This document shows, piece by piece, positions 7,074 to 16,030 of a stretch of 64,000 nt of DNA (position 1 is its first letter; each line of letters begins with the position of its first letter). Where the stretch lies: NCBI GenBank assembly GCA_050010515.1, contig JBEKKX010000002.1:1-64000 (forward strand), read 5' to 3'. Origin of the DNA: Candidatus Bathyarchaeia archaeon (GTDB lineage: Archaea > Thermoproteota > Bathyarchaeia > Bathyarchaeales > Bathycorpusculaceae). Made by a program: the position numbers and the translations under genes. A model generated the notes under the pieces. The model did no database searches, had not been told where the DNA came from, and saw only the letters and a list, made by a program, of their open reading frames with translations.

Positions 7074-8221
7074 GGCTCTTCACTCTCTTTATGTTCTTCT
7101 TTGGGTTCTTGTTTTTTGCCATTTTGGGTTTCCATTATTTTAGCGAATTCATAGACGCTTTTCAGTTGTTCTTGAATTTGCGGTGGCACCTTGCTTAACA
7201 TACCGTTCTGTTCCATGAATTCAATTAATGCCTTTTGCGCCTTAACATGTGATACGACCAAATCGGTTAAGATGTTATATTTCGCGTTTCCGTTAACCAT
7301 TTGGCTTAATGATAGGTGTGTTGGGTAGGCTTTTTGATATTTCTCATACGCACTTTTCTTTAAAGTTTGCAAATAAGTCGAATCAGTCACGGGTATTTCT
7401 TTACCAACTATTATCTTGACTTCCCAAGCGTTTAACCCCGCGTCACTTAAAGCATTCATAAGGTATTTGCGCAATAGGTGAAAGTGGACACGACCAATTA
7501 AGACAATATTTGCCTCAGTCGCCAAATTCTTAAGGATGTTGTTTAACTGTAGCTCGGTTAAGTCAAATAATTTCGTTTGATTTGGAGATTCTTTATTTAA
7601 CTTCATTATGTAGTTGTCTAAGCTGAAGATTGCCATAGGGTTAAGTATTCCGTAAACGGTAGCTCCCGTTTTTTTCCGTTGCCAATCAAAAGCGATAAAC
7701 TCAGAGTTTTGTGATTTGGTTCTTTTAACCAAGTTTTCTACAAAGTCTCTTTCCAAGTTGCCGAAAGACGAAACGTCCCACCCTAAACTTGTTGCCGTGC
7801 TAAGAATTGCCTTGTTGCGTGTGTCGGCTACCGCATACATGGCGCGAAGGTCAGCTATTGAGAAGATGTGTTCGCCTTTAGCCGCTTCCGCTTTAACAGT
7901 CTTTTTCTTTAAACCTCTAATCGGTTCTTTTTGGCTACTATAAAATGCTCTAACCGCATTAATGGGGAACCGCACGGAATTAGGCTTTAACGATTCGCCT
8001 TTAGGAGTCTTATAATCATTAACGAGGTAGTTTTGAAATGCTAAAAGTTGGCTCTTCGCCTTGATTTGGTCGAAGTTGTCTAACAGTTGCTTAGGAGTCG
8101 TTTTAGCCCATGAGCAGAAAAACTTGAAACTTGTTTCGTTTGCACTTTTCGTTTTAGGGTTTTGGTACTCGTTAAGCCATGCGCTCATAGGTAGCCACTC
8201 GTTTTGTTCTTGTTCATTCAT
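7070..8221 (-). CDS. Tyrosine recombinase/integrase (element A)
   Basis: RNKAIL...SLGWD, RKKT, HFHLLRKY (HxxR), IVGK...STY catalytic Tyr; N-terminal core-binding region. Confidence 0.85.
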   Translation of the reverse strand: MNEQEQNEWLPMSAWLNEYQNPKTKSANETSFKFFCSWAKTTPKQLLDNFDQIKAKSQLLAFQNYLVNDYKTPKGESLKPNSVRFPINAVRAFYSSQKEPIRGLKKKTVKAEAAKGEHIFSIADLRAMYAVADTRNKAILSTATSLGWDVSSFGNLERDFVENLVKRTKSQNSEFIAFDWQRKKTGATVYGILNPMAIFSLDNYIMKLNKESPNQTKLFDLTELQLNNILKNLATEANIVLIGRVHFHLLRKYLMNALSDAGLNAWEVKIIVGKEIPVTDSTYLQTLKKSAYEKYQKAYPTHLSLSQMVNGNAKYNILTDLVVSHVKAQKALIEFMEQNGMLSKVPPQIQEQLKSVYEFAKIMETQNGKKQEPKEEHKESEEP

Positions 8222-8278
8222 GTTTTATCAACTCCGTTTTTAAGATATGTTATGTCAAAAGGTGCTAATATAGGTTAG

Positions 8279-9634
8279 ATAGCAATAATAAAACTTTTCT
8301 TATCTATTGATACTTTTGGTCGAAAAACAATAGTTAACATCCCATCTGACTTGCACTTTCCAAGCGTAGACTCCGAAAATTTCAAAGTTTGGATAACGGA
8401 GTGGGCTTGCTTATCAGGTAAAACAAGAAAGGGGCTCAGGATAAAGAAGCTTCACATAGTCTGGTCAAAAGATCCTGTTCAGGACGATATACAGGGAATT
8501 GCTATAATTAGAGGGGGAATGGTTGTTGAGAGAATACCGATATCAGACCTTCTCATCGCTCCAGATCCTATTATTTCAAAGCACATATATGGATATGTTG
8601 AAGGGGACTTGGGTGTTCAACATAAACTGAAAGAATGCGAGGATCCTACACACTATCGATTCACAAAAAAGGCAGGTTGGGGTAACAAAAATATTTACCA
8701 AGCGATTAAAGATTACGTTGCAGCTCAAATGCAATATTTCTCTTCATCCAAACTCGGATCAACAATAGGTAAATCAGCCACTGGAGATTACGCTACACTA
8801 AAAGAATTTAATACCTTGCTGAAGTCCATAGGGATTGATGTTCTAACCCTTTCTCCACCGATACCCCCAAAGACGCAGCCGCAAAGAACGTTTCAAGTTT
8901 CCTTGAATAACGACCAAACAGATGGCCTCCAATTAGTTTTTCCAACCCCTGATTTTAGAAATCCGATTAAGCGTGTCGAGTTCAACGAGGAAATTACCAA
9001 TATACACGCAAAAATTCTGAATTCAACAAAGTCCCCAGCGCGAGTTCAATTAAGCATCTATACGGAACAAAACGAGACGAAAAGGGATACGCTAATTGAC
9101 AAAGAAATTACTGTATACCCAAATTACCCCACACACGTAAACCCGATGTCACTTAAGATAACAAAAACAGAATATGCTCAGGGAGAATGTCATCTAAGGG
9201 CTAAGATGGTTTGCTTGAATCATCCTGAACATAAGAAAGGTGAGGAATTGGAAATTATCTCGGTACGTTTCTGGATAGCTACTGACCCTCCTCTGGGTAA
9301 AGGTGCCTTCAGAGAAGTTCAGTATGTTCCAGAGGTAACAGAAGAGATAGATGGTGAGATAATAAAAATCGATGGTAAAGTGACGCCACACTCTTCAGGG
9401 GATGGAAATATCCTCTTGATCAATACCTCACATCCAATATACAAACAAAGGGTACCGTCAAGGTAGAACGAACAAGCAAGAAAAGACTACCTTATCGAAA
9501 TGATGGCTAAAAAAATTCCATTTGTGCTAATTTCCAACAACAGTGCGCCTTACAAGGATATTGAAGACCCTGAAGAGATTTTCAAGAGAATATCTGCTTT
9601 GTATTCAAAAATAATGGGCAAATACTTTGAATAA
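8279..9634 (+). pseudogene. N-terminally truncated protein with internal amber stop; resembles the C-terminal part of GHKL/HATPase-associated proteins
   Basis: Frame open from 8279 without a convincing start; TAG at 9464-9466 followed by 55 more in-frame codons to TAA 9632-9634; IAIIRGGM..IYGYV..EDPTH and INTSHPIY motifs. Confidence 0.55.
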
Positions 9635-9657
9635 TCGAGAAGCACCTGGAGTACAGT

Positions 9658-10317
9658 ATGGCAATAATTGTAGACAAAAACGGAAGACGAATTTACAAAA
9701 CCATTGGGTATTTAGCGTACGAAGATAAAGAGAACGCTGATAAGTTAGACAATTTCCTGAAAATTGAAATTAAACAAATAGAAAAAAGATTAGAACAAAA
9801 AGGATTACTTACACTTAAAGGAAAAAGTGGGTCAATCCAGTTTTGGTTTAATCTGGGTCTGGAACTTAGAGATTTATGGTGTAAGGTTAGGGCTACGTAC
9901 AATTTACCTGATACATTTTTACCATATTTCTTCAAAGCTGTTTTTGATAACTCGGATGCAGTGAAACCGCAATCGGGAAGGGCTGACAGACTCAAAAATG
10001 CCTACTTCTACTATGGCTATATTATAGCCGGCTTCCCTTGGGAGCAAGTTGCGTCGGCAGGGAGTTGGCGACAGTGGATTGAGTTCTTAGATGCGAGAAG
10101 GATTCGTACTGACCCACGAATTATTGAGTGGTTCGTACAAAGAAAGGTTATGGAATTGCAAAGGGGCACCAATCTTTCGAGAGAAGAATGGTTTAGACGA
10201 ATAACGCGTGAAATCAGATCAGAGTTTCATAACATTGACACTACAGTACTGTCCAAAGACGAGTTATATGACAGCTTAGATGAAATACTTTCCAGGGTTG
10301 TATCAAGATTACAATAA
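9658..10317 (+). CDS. Hypothetical protein, weakly DUF1016-N (YhcG N-terminal)-like
   Basis: FWFNLGLEL and GSWRQWIEFL segments; GGAG SD. Confidence 0.45.
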   Translation: MAIIVDKNGRRIYKTIGYLAYEDKENADKLDNFLKIEIKQIEKRLEQKGLLTLKGKSGSIQFWFNLGLELRDLWCKVRATYNLPDTFLPYFFKAVFDNSDAVKPQSGRADRLKNAYFYYGYIIAGFPWEQVASAGSWRQWIEFLDARRIRTDPRIIEWFVQRKVMELQRGTNLSREEWFRRITREIRSEFHNIDTTVLSKDELYDSLDEILSRVVSRLQ

Positions 10318-10435
10318 ACATACGATAGCCCTCTCCAGCCTTATCTGACTAAAAAATCATATTCGCCATTTTTTTCCGTTAAACAGTTTAGACATTGAAA
10401 TGCCCCCTGTTTGTTTTTATATCAAACTTATTAAC

Positions 10436-11710
10436 TTAAGTAGGGGTAGTGGTCATTGGCTGCATGCTTTTTCGAATCCAAGAAACAAATCCCATAATTG
10501 CCTGAGCGAATATCTGAGTTTCAAGCTCTTCTGTAGTGTTCATTCCAGCGAGAAGAAGATGCCCTCTTCCCCTCTTTAATAAACAAATTGGGTAAATTTC
10601 ACCAGAGACCTCATCTTTAGCTCTTATAATGGGGACTAAGTCAGTACTATTTGGTAGCGCTCTAAATTCATTGATTGTACAGTTCTCAGGTATTAATTTC
10701 CCAAATTTCTCAACATCTTCATCACTCTGAAAGACAGGCCTTTTATTTTTCGAGACTGGCGTAGGCATTACGTTAAACTCCCTATGAAGGAGGGTGCCTG
10801 TAAATTCAAGATATTCCTTGTAATTCTGAATTGTGACGTTAATTCCATCAAACTTAATCTCGTCGGGTACCAAGAGCCTTTTTTCACATATTGCTATTTT
10901 ATTGTTCTCTTTAAGGGTAACATCCCATGCGTAAAAAAAGGGAAATCCACCTGTATTTACGTAGACACCGCCATTTTCGATATAACTGCGGATATTATTG
11001 AAAGCCAAGTTTTGCTTAACGTTGATTTCCGGAAACATTTCGCCAAAAGGGTTAATGATAATACCATATCTCTCAGAAATATCTTCAGAATTTATATCCT
11101 CAATTTCAAGTTCTATGCCTAAAGTCCCACTTAGGCTCTCAAGTCTTTTGTGCCAAGTGGTCCGATCATTATTAGCAAACGGGAATTCAGCACACTTAAC
11201 CTCTCCTGCTTCCGAGAAATAACCAGTAAGAATGCCTATCCTTACTTTAGGTAACCACCTATTTCTTATCTCAACGGTGCCAAGTAAATTGCATAACGTT
11301 TTTGCATCGTTAATTACAGTACTCGAATATTCTTTTGAAAATATTTTATCAGGCATAACCTTTGGAAATTGATTATGCTGTATTCCATATCTTGCGATAA
11401 TCCTAAGGTCATCAGTATAGCCAAGCAGAATTGGTGTCATTTTGGTTATAGTGCTTGATTTGCCGAAACCTTTTTCTTCAATCTTCTTAGCCAATGCGCT
11501 AATAGTAGTAGCTTTTAGAAAATGCTCATGGTTAACGTCGGTTACATCCAGAAGCTCACAAAGAGCTTTCAAAGAAAATTCAATAGCTTCAAAGGCAGCA
11601 ATTACAGATTCAACATTATTACTATGAAACAATCTCTTCGCTTGGCTTAGGTTATGGTAAGCTCTTCGGGTATACCATGCGGCTAAATCGCGATCTGTCA
11701 TGCTAATCAC
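10436..11710 (-). CDS. HEPN domain fused to class I glutamine amidotransferase-like domain
   Basis: N-terminal RAYHNLSQAKRL..AFEAIEFSLKAL..HEH..ARYG; C-terminal IINPFGE..YIENGGVYVNTGGFPF. Confidence 0.65.
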   Translation of the reverse strand: MISMTDRDLAAWYTRRAYHNLSQAKRLFHSNNVESVIAAFEAIEFSLKALCELLDVTDVNHEHFLKATTISALAKKIEEKGFGKSSTITKMTPILLGYTDDLRIIARYGIQHNQFPKVMPDKIFSKEYSSTVINDAKTLCNLLGTVEIRNRWLPKVRIGILTGYFSEAGEVKCAEFPFANNDRTTWHKRLESLSGTLGIELEIEDINSEDISERYGIIINPFGEMFPEINVKQNLAFNNIRSYIENGGVYVNTGGFPFFYAWDVTLKENNKIAICEKRLLVPDEIKFDGINVTIQNYKEYLEFTGTLLHREFNVMPTPVSKNKRPVFQSDEDVEKFGKLIPENCTINEFRALPNSTDLVPIIRAKDEVSGEIYPICLLKRGRGHLLLAGMNTTEELETQIFAQAIMGFVSWIRKSMQPMTTTPT

Positions 11711-11922
11711 ATATTGAGATAATTACAAATAAGATTAGCGGTGGCTTTTCTCCTACATTTAAGTAGTTGCCCCCTGGTCTTAGATTCCGCGGACTGAATG
11801 CCAATCATGGCCTTATTTAGCCTTCATTTGCCTTAAATATTAAAATTTCACTCGAAAATTAAAAAGTCAACCGCCCATAAAGACAAGAACCTTGAAACCA
11901 AACAGTACGCGAAGCAAACAAA

Positions 11923-12510
11923 TTAGGGCTCTATGTCGCTTTTTATTTTTTTTCCCCTTGCAGACGGTACAATCCTCATTTTCGCTCCGCCAAAATCCTT
12001 AGCCAACTCTTCACCCGCGAAAAAACGGTCCAGAAAAACTGCAAGCGCAGCGCATTCTGAATGTGGCTGGTTCCCGATGGACACGTTAAAATCTGATACA
12101 TCGCTTGAATAGAATTCGCCTGGAACTTTCTGGCTTCCAACAAGGACTAAAACATCCTTGTTTAAATTTTTAATTCTGTTTAGGGCGTCGCTTGTCTGGA
12201 TGTTTTCCCCGTAAGCGGTTAAATGGACAACAACGCCGCCATTAGCCTTCCAGTCGTGAACGGCTTTTTTCCACGGGGTTCCCATTTCAAACTGGAAGGT
12301 TCCGCCCCAACGCGCGGTTATTTTCCTTACTGTTTGCTCTATATTGGAGTCTTCTACGTCTGAAAGTATAAAGCCTGAAGCACAAAGTGCCCGCGCAGTT
12401 AAAGCAACATGAGTAGTTAACCGCACATCCCGCTGTGGTCTGTGCCCCCACCTTAAAACCACAATCTTTGGCAGGTCATTTGGTTTTTTGGTTGGTTGTG
12501 AATTTGCCAT
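11923..12510 (-). CDS. trm56: tRNA (cytidine56-2'-O)-methyltransferase
   Basis: LRWGHRPQRDVRLTTHVALTARA, VHLTAYG, GNQPHSE. Confidence 0.92.
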   Translation of the reverse strand: MANSQPTKKPNDLPKIVVLRWGHRPQRDVRLTTHVALTARALCASGFILSDVEDSNIEQTVRKITARWGGTFQFEMGTPWKKAVHDWKANGGVVVHLTAYGENIQTSDALNRIKNLNKDVLVLVGSQKVPGEFYSSDVSDFNVSIGNQPHSECAALAVFLDRFFAGEELAKDFGGAKMRIVPSARGKKIKSDIEP

Positions 12511-13747
12511 TTAATTCTTCCACTTTTCTTCTCACTTGCTCAGTTAACTCTGGGGTAGCTTCAAATACTACGTGAACCGAATCATTGGTGAAATCTTCTT
12601 TTTTGACATCTGTTTTTTCATGAACCCATGAGATAAAGGGCATGGTCCTGTTAGTTAACGGAACCGAAAACTGCGCTTGGACGTAATTTTCAAGAATCCT
12701 CAGTATTTCCCCTCTCAGTAAATCAAGGTTTGTTTGGCACTTTGCTGACAAGAGAATTGGATTATTAGTTTTATCTTTGAGGGCTTCGAGTTTTTGGTTT
12801 GTTTCAGCTTCGTTGATTAAGTCAATTTTGTTTAGAGCGGTTATGGTTGGTATACCTGATGCTCCAAGACGGTCGATTGTTTCTAGGCAAATGTTGTTTT
12901 TCTTCTCAATTGTTTCTATTGGCTCGCTTAAGTCTAACATCAGTATTATTAGGTCTGAAAAGATGGTTTCTTCCAGAGTGGAATGAAATGCTTCAATCAA
13001 AGATAAGGGTAAACGGTCAATGAAGCCAACAGTGTCTGTTAAAAGAAACCTACGGTTGGAAAACTCTATCATCCGCGTAGTGGTTGAAAGAGTTGTGAAT
13101 AATGCTTTGTCAACTTGAACGGTTTCTTCGGTTAAAGCATTAAACAAGGAGCTTTTTCCAGACTTCGTGTATCCAGCAAGCGAAATAGTCAAGAAGCCAA
13201 GCTCCGTCCGCCTTTCCCTATGAAGAACTCTTTTTTCTCTAATTTTTGTAAGTTTTTTGAGGTTTGTTTGAACCTGCCTTTTTATGGCGTCACTGTAAAC
13301 GTCTGCTTCGTAAGCGCCAAGACCCATAAAACCGGGCTGCTCGCTCCCTTTTGCTAATCTAACTTTTTCCTTAGCGTGCTTGAGCTCGTTTTGCAGTGTT
13401 GCCAGTTGAATCTGGAGTTGGGCTTCTGTTGTTGTGGCTCGTCTATTGAAGATTTCAAGTATGAGCTGGAATCGATCGATGACTTCTACGTGTGTTGCTT
13501 TTGCTAGATTGTATGTTTGGCGAGTTTTTAGTTGGTTGTCAAAAATTACTTTTTCAGCGCCTGCTTCCTGCACCATCTTGGCAAGTTCTTCTACTTTTCC
13601 AGCGCCTATTTGATACCGTGAATCAGGCGGTCTGGTTTGTTCTAATGTGGCTACAACAGTGTATCCGGCTGATTCTGCTAATCTTTTAAGTTCATCTAAA
13701 CTTGACTCTTCACGGTTCAGCCTACGCTGAACTATGACGGCTTTCGT
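12476..13747 (-). CDS. hflX: GTPase HflX (conserved N-terminus extends 57 codons upstream of ATG 13576)
   Basis: IDRFQLILEIF, GYTKSGKSSL, DTVGFI, NKID; upstream ELKRLAESAGY..IGAGKVEEL in frame. Confidence 0.9.
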   Translation of the reverse strand, partial: TKAVIVQRRLNREESSLDELKRLAESAGYTVVATLEQTRPPDSRYQIGAGKVEELAKMVQEAGAEKVIFDNQLKTRQTYNLAKATHVEVIDRFQLILEIFNRRATTTEAQLQIQLATLQNELKHAKEKVRLAKGSEQPGFMGLGAYEADVYSDAIKRQVQTNLKKLTKIREKRVLHRERRTELGFLTISLAGYTKSGKSSLFNALTEETVQVDKALFTTLSTTTRMIEFSNRRFLLTDTVGFIDRLPLSLIEAFHSTLEETIFSDLIILMLDLSEPIETIEKKNNICLETIDRLGASGIPTITALNKIDLINEAETNQKLEALKDKTNNPILLSAKCQTNLDLLRGEILRILENYVQAQFSVPLTNRTMPFISWVHEKTDVKKEDFTNDSVHVVFEATPELTEQVRRKVEELNGKFTTNQKTK

Positions 13748-14259
13748 TCTGTGGTTGCCTCCCCGCCTTTCTTGTCTAACTTGATAAGGTCTCCCAATGT
13801 CAATTCTTGGTTGGCGGACTGAGGGATTTGAGTGACTTTTTCTTCTGATATGGGAACAAGCAACTTGATTTTTAACATGTGTTCAAGCTTTGCGGCAAGC
13901 TGGTTGTTTGGCGTCATTTTGCCAGCTTCAAGGTTTCTTAAAACTGAGGCTTTCTCGTTTATTTTTTTGCCCAGTTCCTCATGGGTGAGCGCTAATTTTT
14001 CCCGCGCCGCTCTTATTTTATTTGCATAGTCTTCGGCAGGTTCTTGAGTGATTTCCACTTTAGCAACAATTGGTTTTCTTTGAACCATTGTAACAGGAGC
14101 CTTTGGTTTTTTGAGGTTTTTTTGGGGAAGGGCTACTTCTTCTTCATGGATTATTTTACCATGCTTTGAGCATTCAACGCATACGGTTAGTTTGGCTCCT
14201 TCAATTACTGCCGTTATTGGTTCATCATGAATTTTGTGTCCGCAGACTTCACATCTCAA
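13732..14259 (-). CDS. mbf1: Archaeal multiprotein bridging factor 1
   Basis: CEVCG..IEGAKLTVCVEC Zn ribbon plus HTH_3, LTLGD. Confidence 0.9.
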   Translation of the reverse strand: MRCEVCGHKIHDEPITAVIEGAKLTVCVECSKHGKIIHEEEVALPQKNLKKPKAPVTMVQRKPIVAKVEITQEPAEDYANKIRAAREKLALTHEELGKKINEKASVLRNLEAGKMTPNNQLAAKLEHMLKIKLLVPISEEKVTQIPQSANQELTLGDLIKLDKKGGEATTERKPS

Positions 14260-14342
14260 TGTGAGCTTTCACCTTTCACTGTCTTTATTATCTTGTTATG
14301 TTTATACTTGTCGAAAACAAAAAGCCAATCGACGGTGAAAAT

Positions 14343-14810
14343 GTGGATAACGAACTTGGCAAAGTAAGGACTATTGCTGACTACCAGTTTGGAAAAGGCG
14401 TAGGCACAAAGCTTTTTCCAGAAAATACTGAAATACAGTTTTCTCCAAGAACAGGCAGAATACGCTTCATTAACCTAAACGGCGAAAGATTAGCTACATT
14501 GCGCCCTACCGACGGCTTGCTTTCGTTGAGCATTAAAGCAGCCAAGTTCATGGCTGAAAATTTACCTTTCGCCAAATGTTTTGTTACAGTGCAAAACGAC
14601 GTTTCAAAGTTCATTGCCGAAGGTGGAGATGTTTTTGCCGTTCACGTGGTCAAAGTTGACGATGAGATTCGCGCCAAAGATGAAGTTATCGTCAAGGATG
14701 AGGCAGGGAATGTTTTGGCGGTTGGGCGGGCTTTGCTTTCAAGCGTGGAGATGACGGCTTTTAAAACAGGCGTAGCAGTTAAGGTGCGGCATGGCTGCAA
14801 GGAAAGTTAA
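14343..14810 (+). CDS. PUA-domain protein (archaeosine TGT C-terminal-like)
   Basis: IADYQFG, TGRIR, LRPTDG, GGDVFA, DEVIV, AVKVRHG; GTG 14343 with GGTGA SD. Confidence 0.85.
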   Translation: MDNELGKVRTIADYQFGKGVGTKLFPENTEIQFSPRTGRIRFINLNGERLATLRPTDGLLSLSIKAAKFMAENLPFAKCFVTVQNDVSKFIAEGGDVFAVHVVKVDDEIRAKDEVIVKDEAGNVLAVGRALLSSVEMTAFKTGVAVKVRHGCKES

Positions 14811-15289
14811 GTTTTTCAAGGTATTCGTTTAATTTTTAGGTTATATTCATTTATCAGGGCATTTTATTCGAGAAAATAACCAGCTATGAATACTCTGCGA
14901 AATGGACAATCGCTAGTGGAGATGCCACCCCAAAATTCCTCTTTTGTTGTGGACCAATAATTCATAAATCCTAATAAGATGAAGCTTCAAAATGACAATC
15001 ATGTGCTCTTTACTAAATTACCAAACTCGATATTTAGAAGAACATTTGCAGCAAAGAAAAAAACAAACGAAAAAAACCGACGCTGAAACGATTGAAATAA
15101 TCATGCCTGCTACAATCCCGTTAAGTTGCAAATAAATGAAATGTTTCATCCAAAACTCGCAAGCAAGTACGCTATATGTTACTTCAGATAAAAATAACGT
15201 GCATCCTTCACTTTAGCAAGCAAGACGTGCCTCTCCAAGAGCAACCAACTTAAGCACATAAAAAATCTGATTTACAGCCAAAAGTGTGA

Positions 15290-15415
15290 TACCTCAAGTG
15301 CTGTCCAAAATGCAACATGCATTTCTGCTTCACCTGTACGCTTGAATTAATGTATATGCAGAAGAAGCTTCCGCTTCAATGCCCTATGTGTGGTGGGGGG
15401 CTTCATTATCCTTAA
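15290..15415 (+). pseudogene. RING-finger-like remnant YLKCCPKCNMHFCFTC...CPMCGG
   Basis: 41 open codons directly preceded by TGA, inside a ~780-bp gap with no long ORF. Confidence 0.4.
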
Positions 15416-15588
15416 GGCAGTAATTTAGAAGTTTTCATGGATGATAAGTCTTAAATCTGAAAAGCATAGAAATTACCTAAAGTATCTTTCCGCTTCGGTA
15501 TGTGGGAATAAATGCTTTGGAGAATTAAACTAAAATCAAAACGAATACCTTTGGAAAGTTAAGTTTATGAAGTTCTACTGCAGAATAC

Positions 15589-15972
15589 TTGGTGGAAGTG
15601 AAGTCTACGCATAAACGTATGAATCCTCGAGAGCAAAAACGTTTGATGCAACGTATGGGCATGAACATGAATTCTGTACCTGACGTTCAACAAGTCATAA
15701 TTAAAACAAGCGGCAAAGACATAGTTATCGATGAACCCGAAGTGGCAATTTTAGAAATTCAAGGGCAAAAAATGTACCAGGTTATCGGCGGTCAAGTTTC
15801 AGAGCAAGCCCCATCTCAACGCCAAACCGCTAAGGCAGCTCAGCCAGCGTTTTCTGAAGAGGATGTGAGGCTGGTGGCTGACCAAACTGGTAAAAGTTTA
15901 GAGAAAGCAAAAGAAGCCCTTGAGGAATGCCAGGGAGATTTGGCGAAAGCTATACTGCTGCTTCAATCTTAA
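15589..15972 (+). CDS. nac: Nascent polypeptide-associated complex protein
   Basis: MNPREQKRLMQRMG, EEDVRLVADQTG, GDLAKAIL UBA-like tail. Confidence 0.92.
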   Translation: MVEVKSTHKRMNPREQKRLMQRMGMNMNSVPDVQQVIIKTSGKDIVIDEPEVAILEIQGQKMYQVIGGQVSEQAPSQRQTAKAAQPAFSEEDVRLVADQTGKSLEKAKEALEECQGDLAKAILLLQS

Positions 15973-16030
15973 TTCTTAATCTTTATTTATATCTCTTGGA
16001 TGTCCTATTAGTCATGAAGGGGCTTGGGCA

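Larger units (their letters stand above)
1..8310. mobile_element. Integrative provirus/satellite-like element A (left end not visible; right junction approximate)
   Basis: Run of co-oriented, tightly coupled small unknown ORFs, HTH and RHH regulators, a prohead-protease-like gene, Zn-ribbon genes and a convergent tyrosine integrase; abuts an N-terminally truncated gene. Confidence 0.8.

Noticed and set aside
9464-9466. In-frame TAG as pyrrolysine or genome-wide amber recoding
   Set aside because: Several conserved genes here end properly at TAG (AOR, acyP, cdc48, pth2) and no pyl genes are in view; a nonsense mutation in an already truncated gene is simpler
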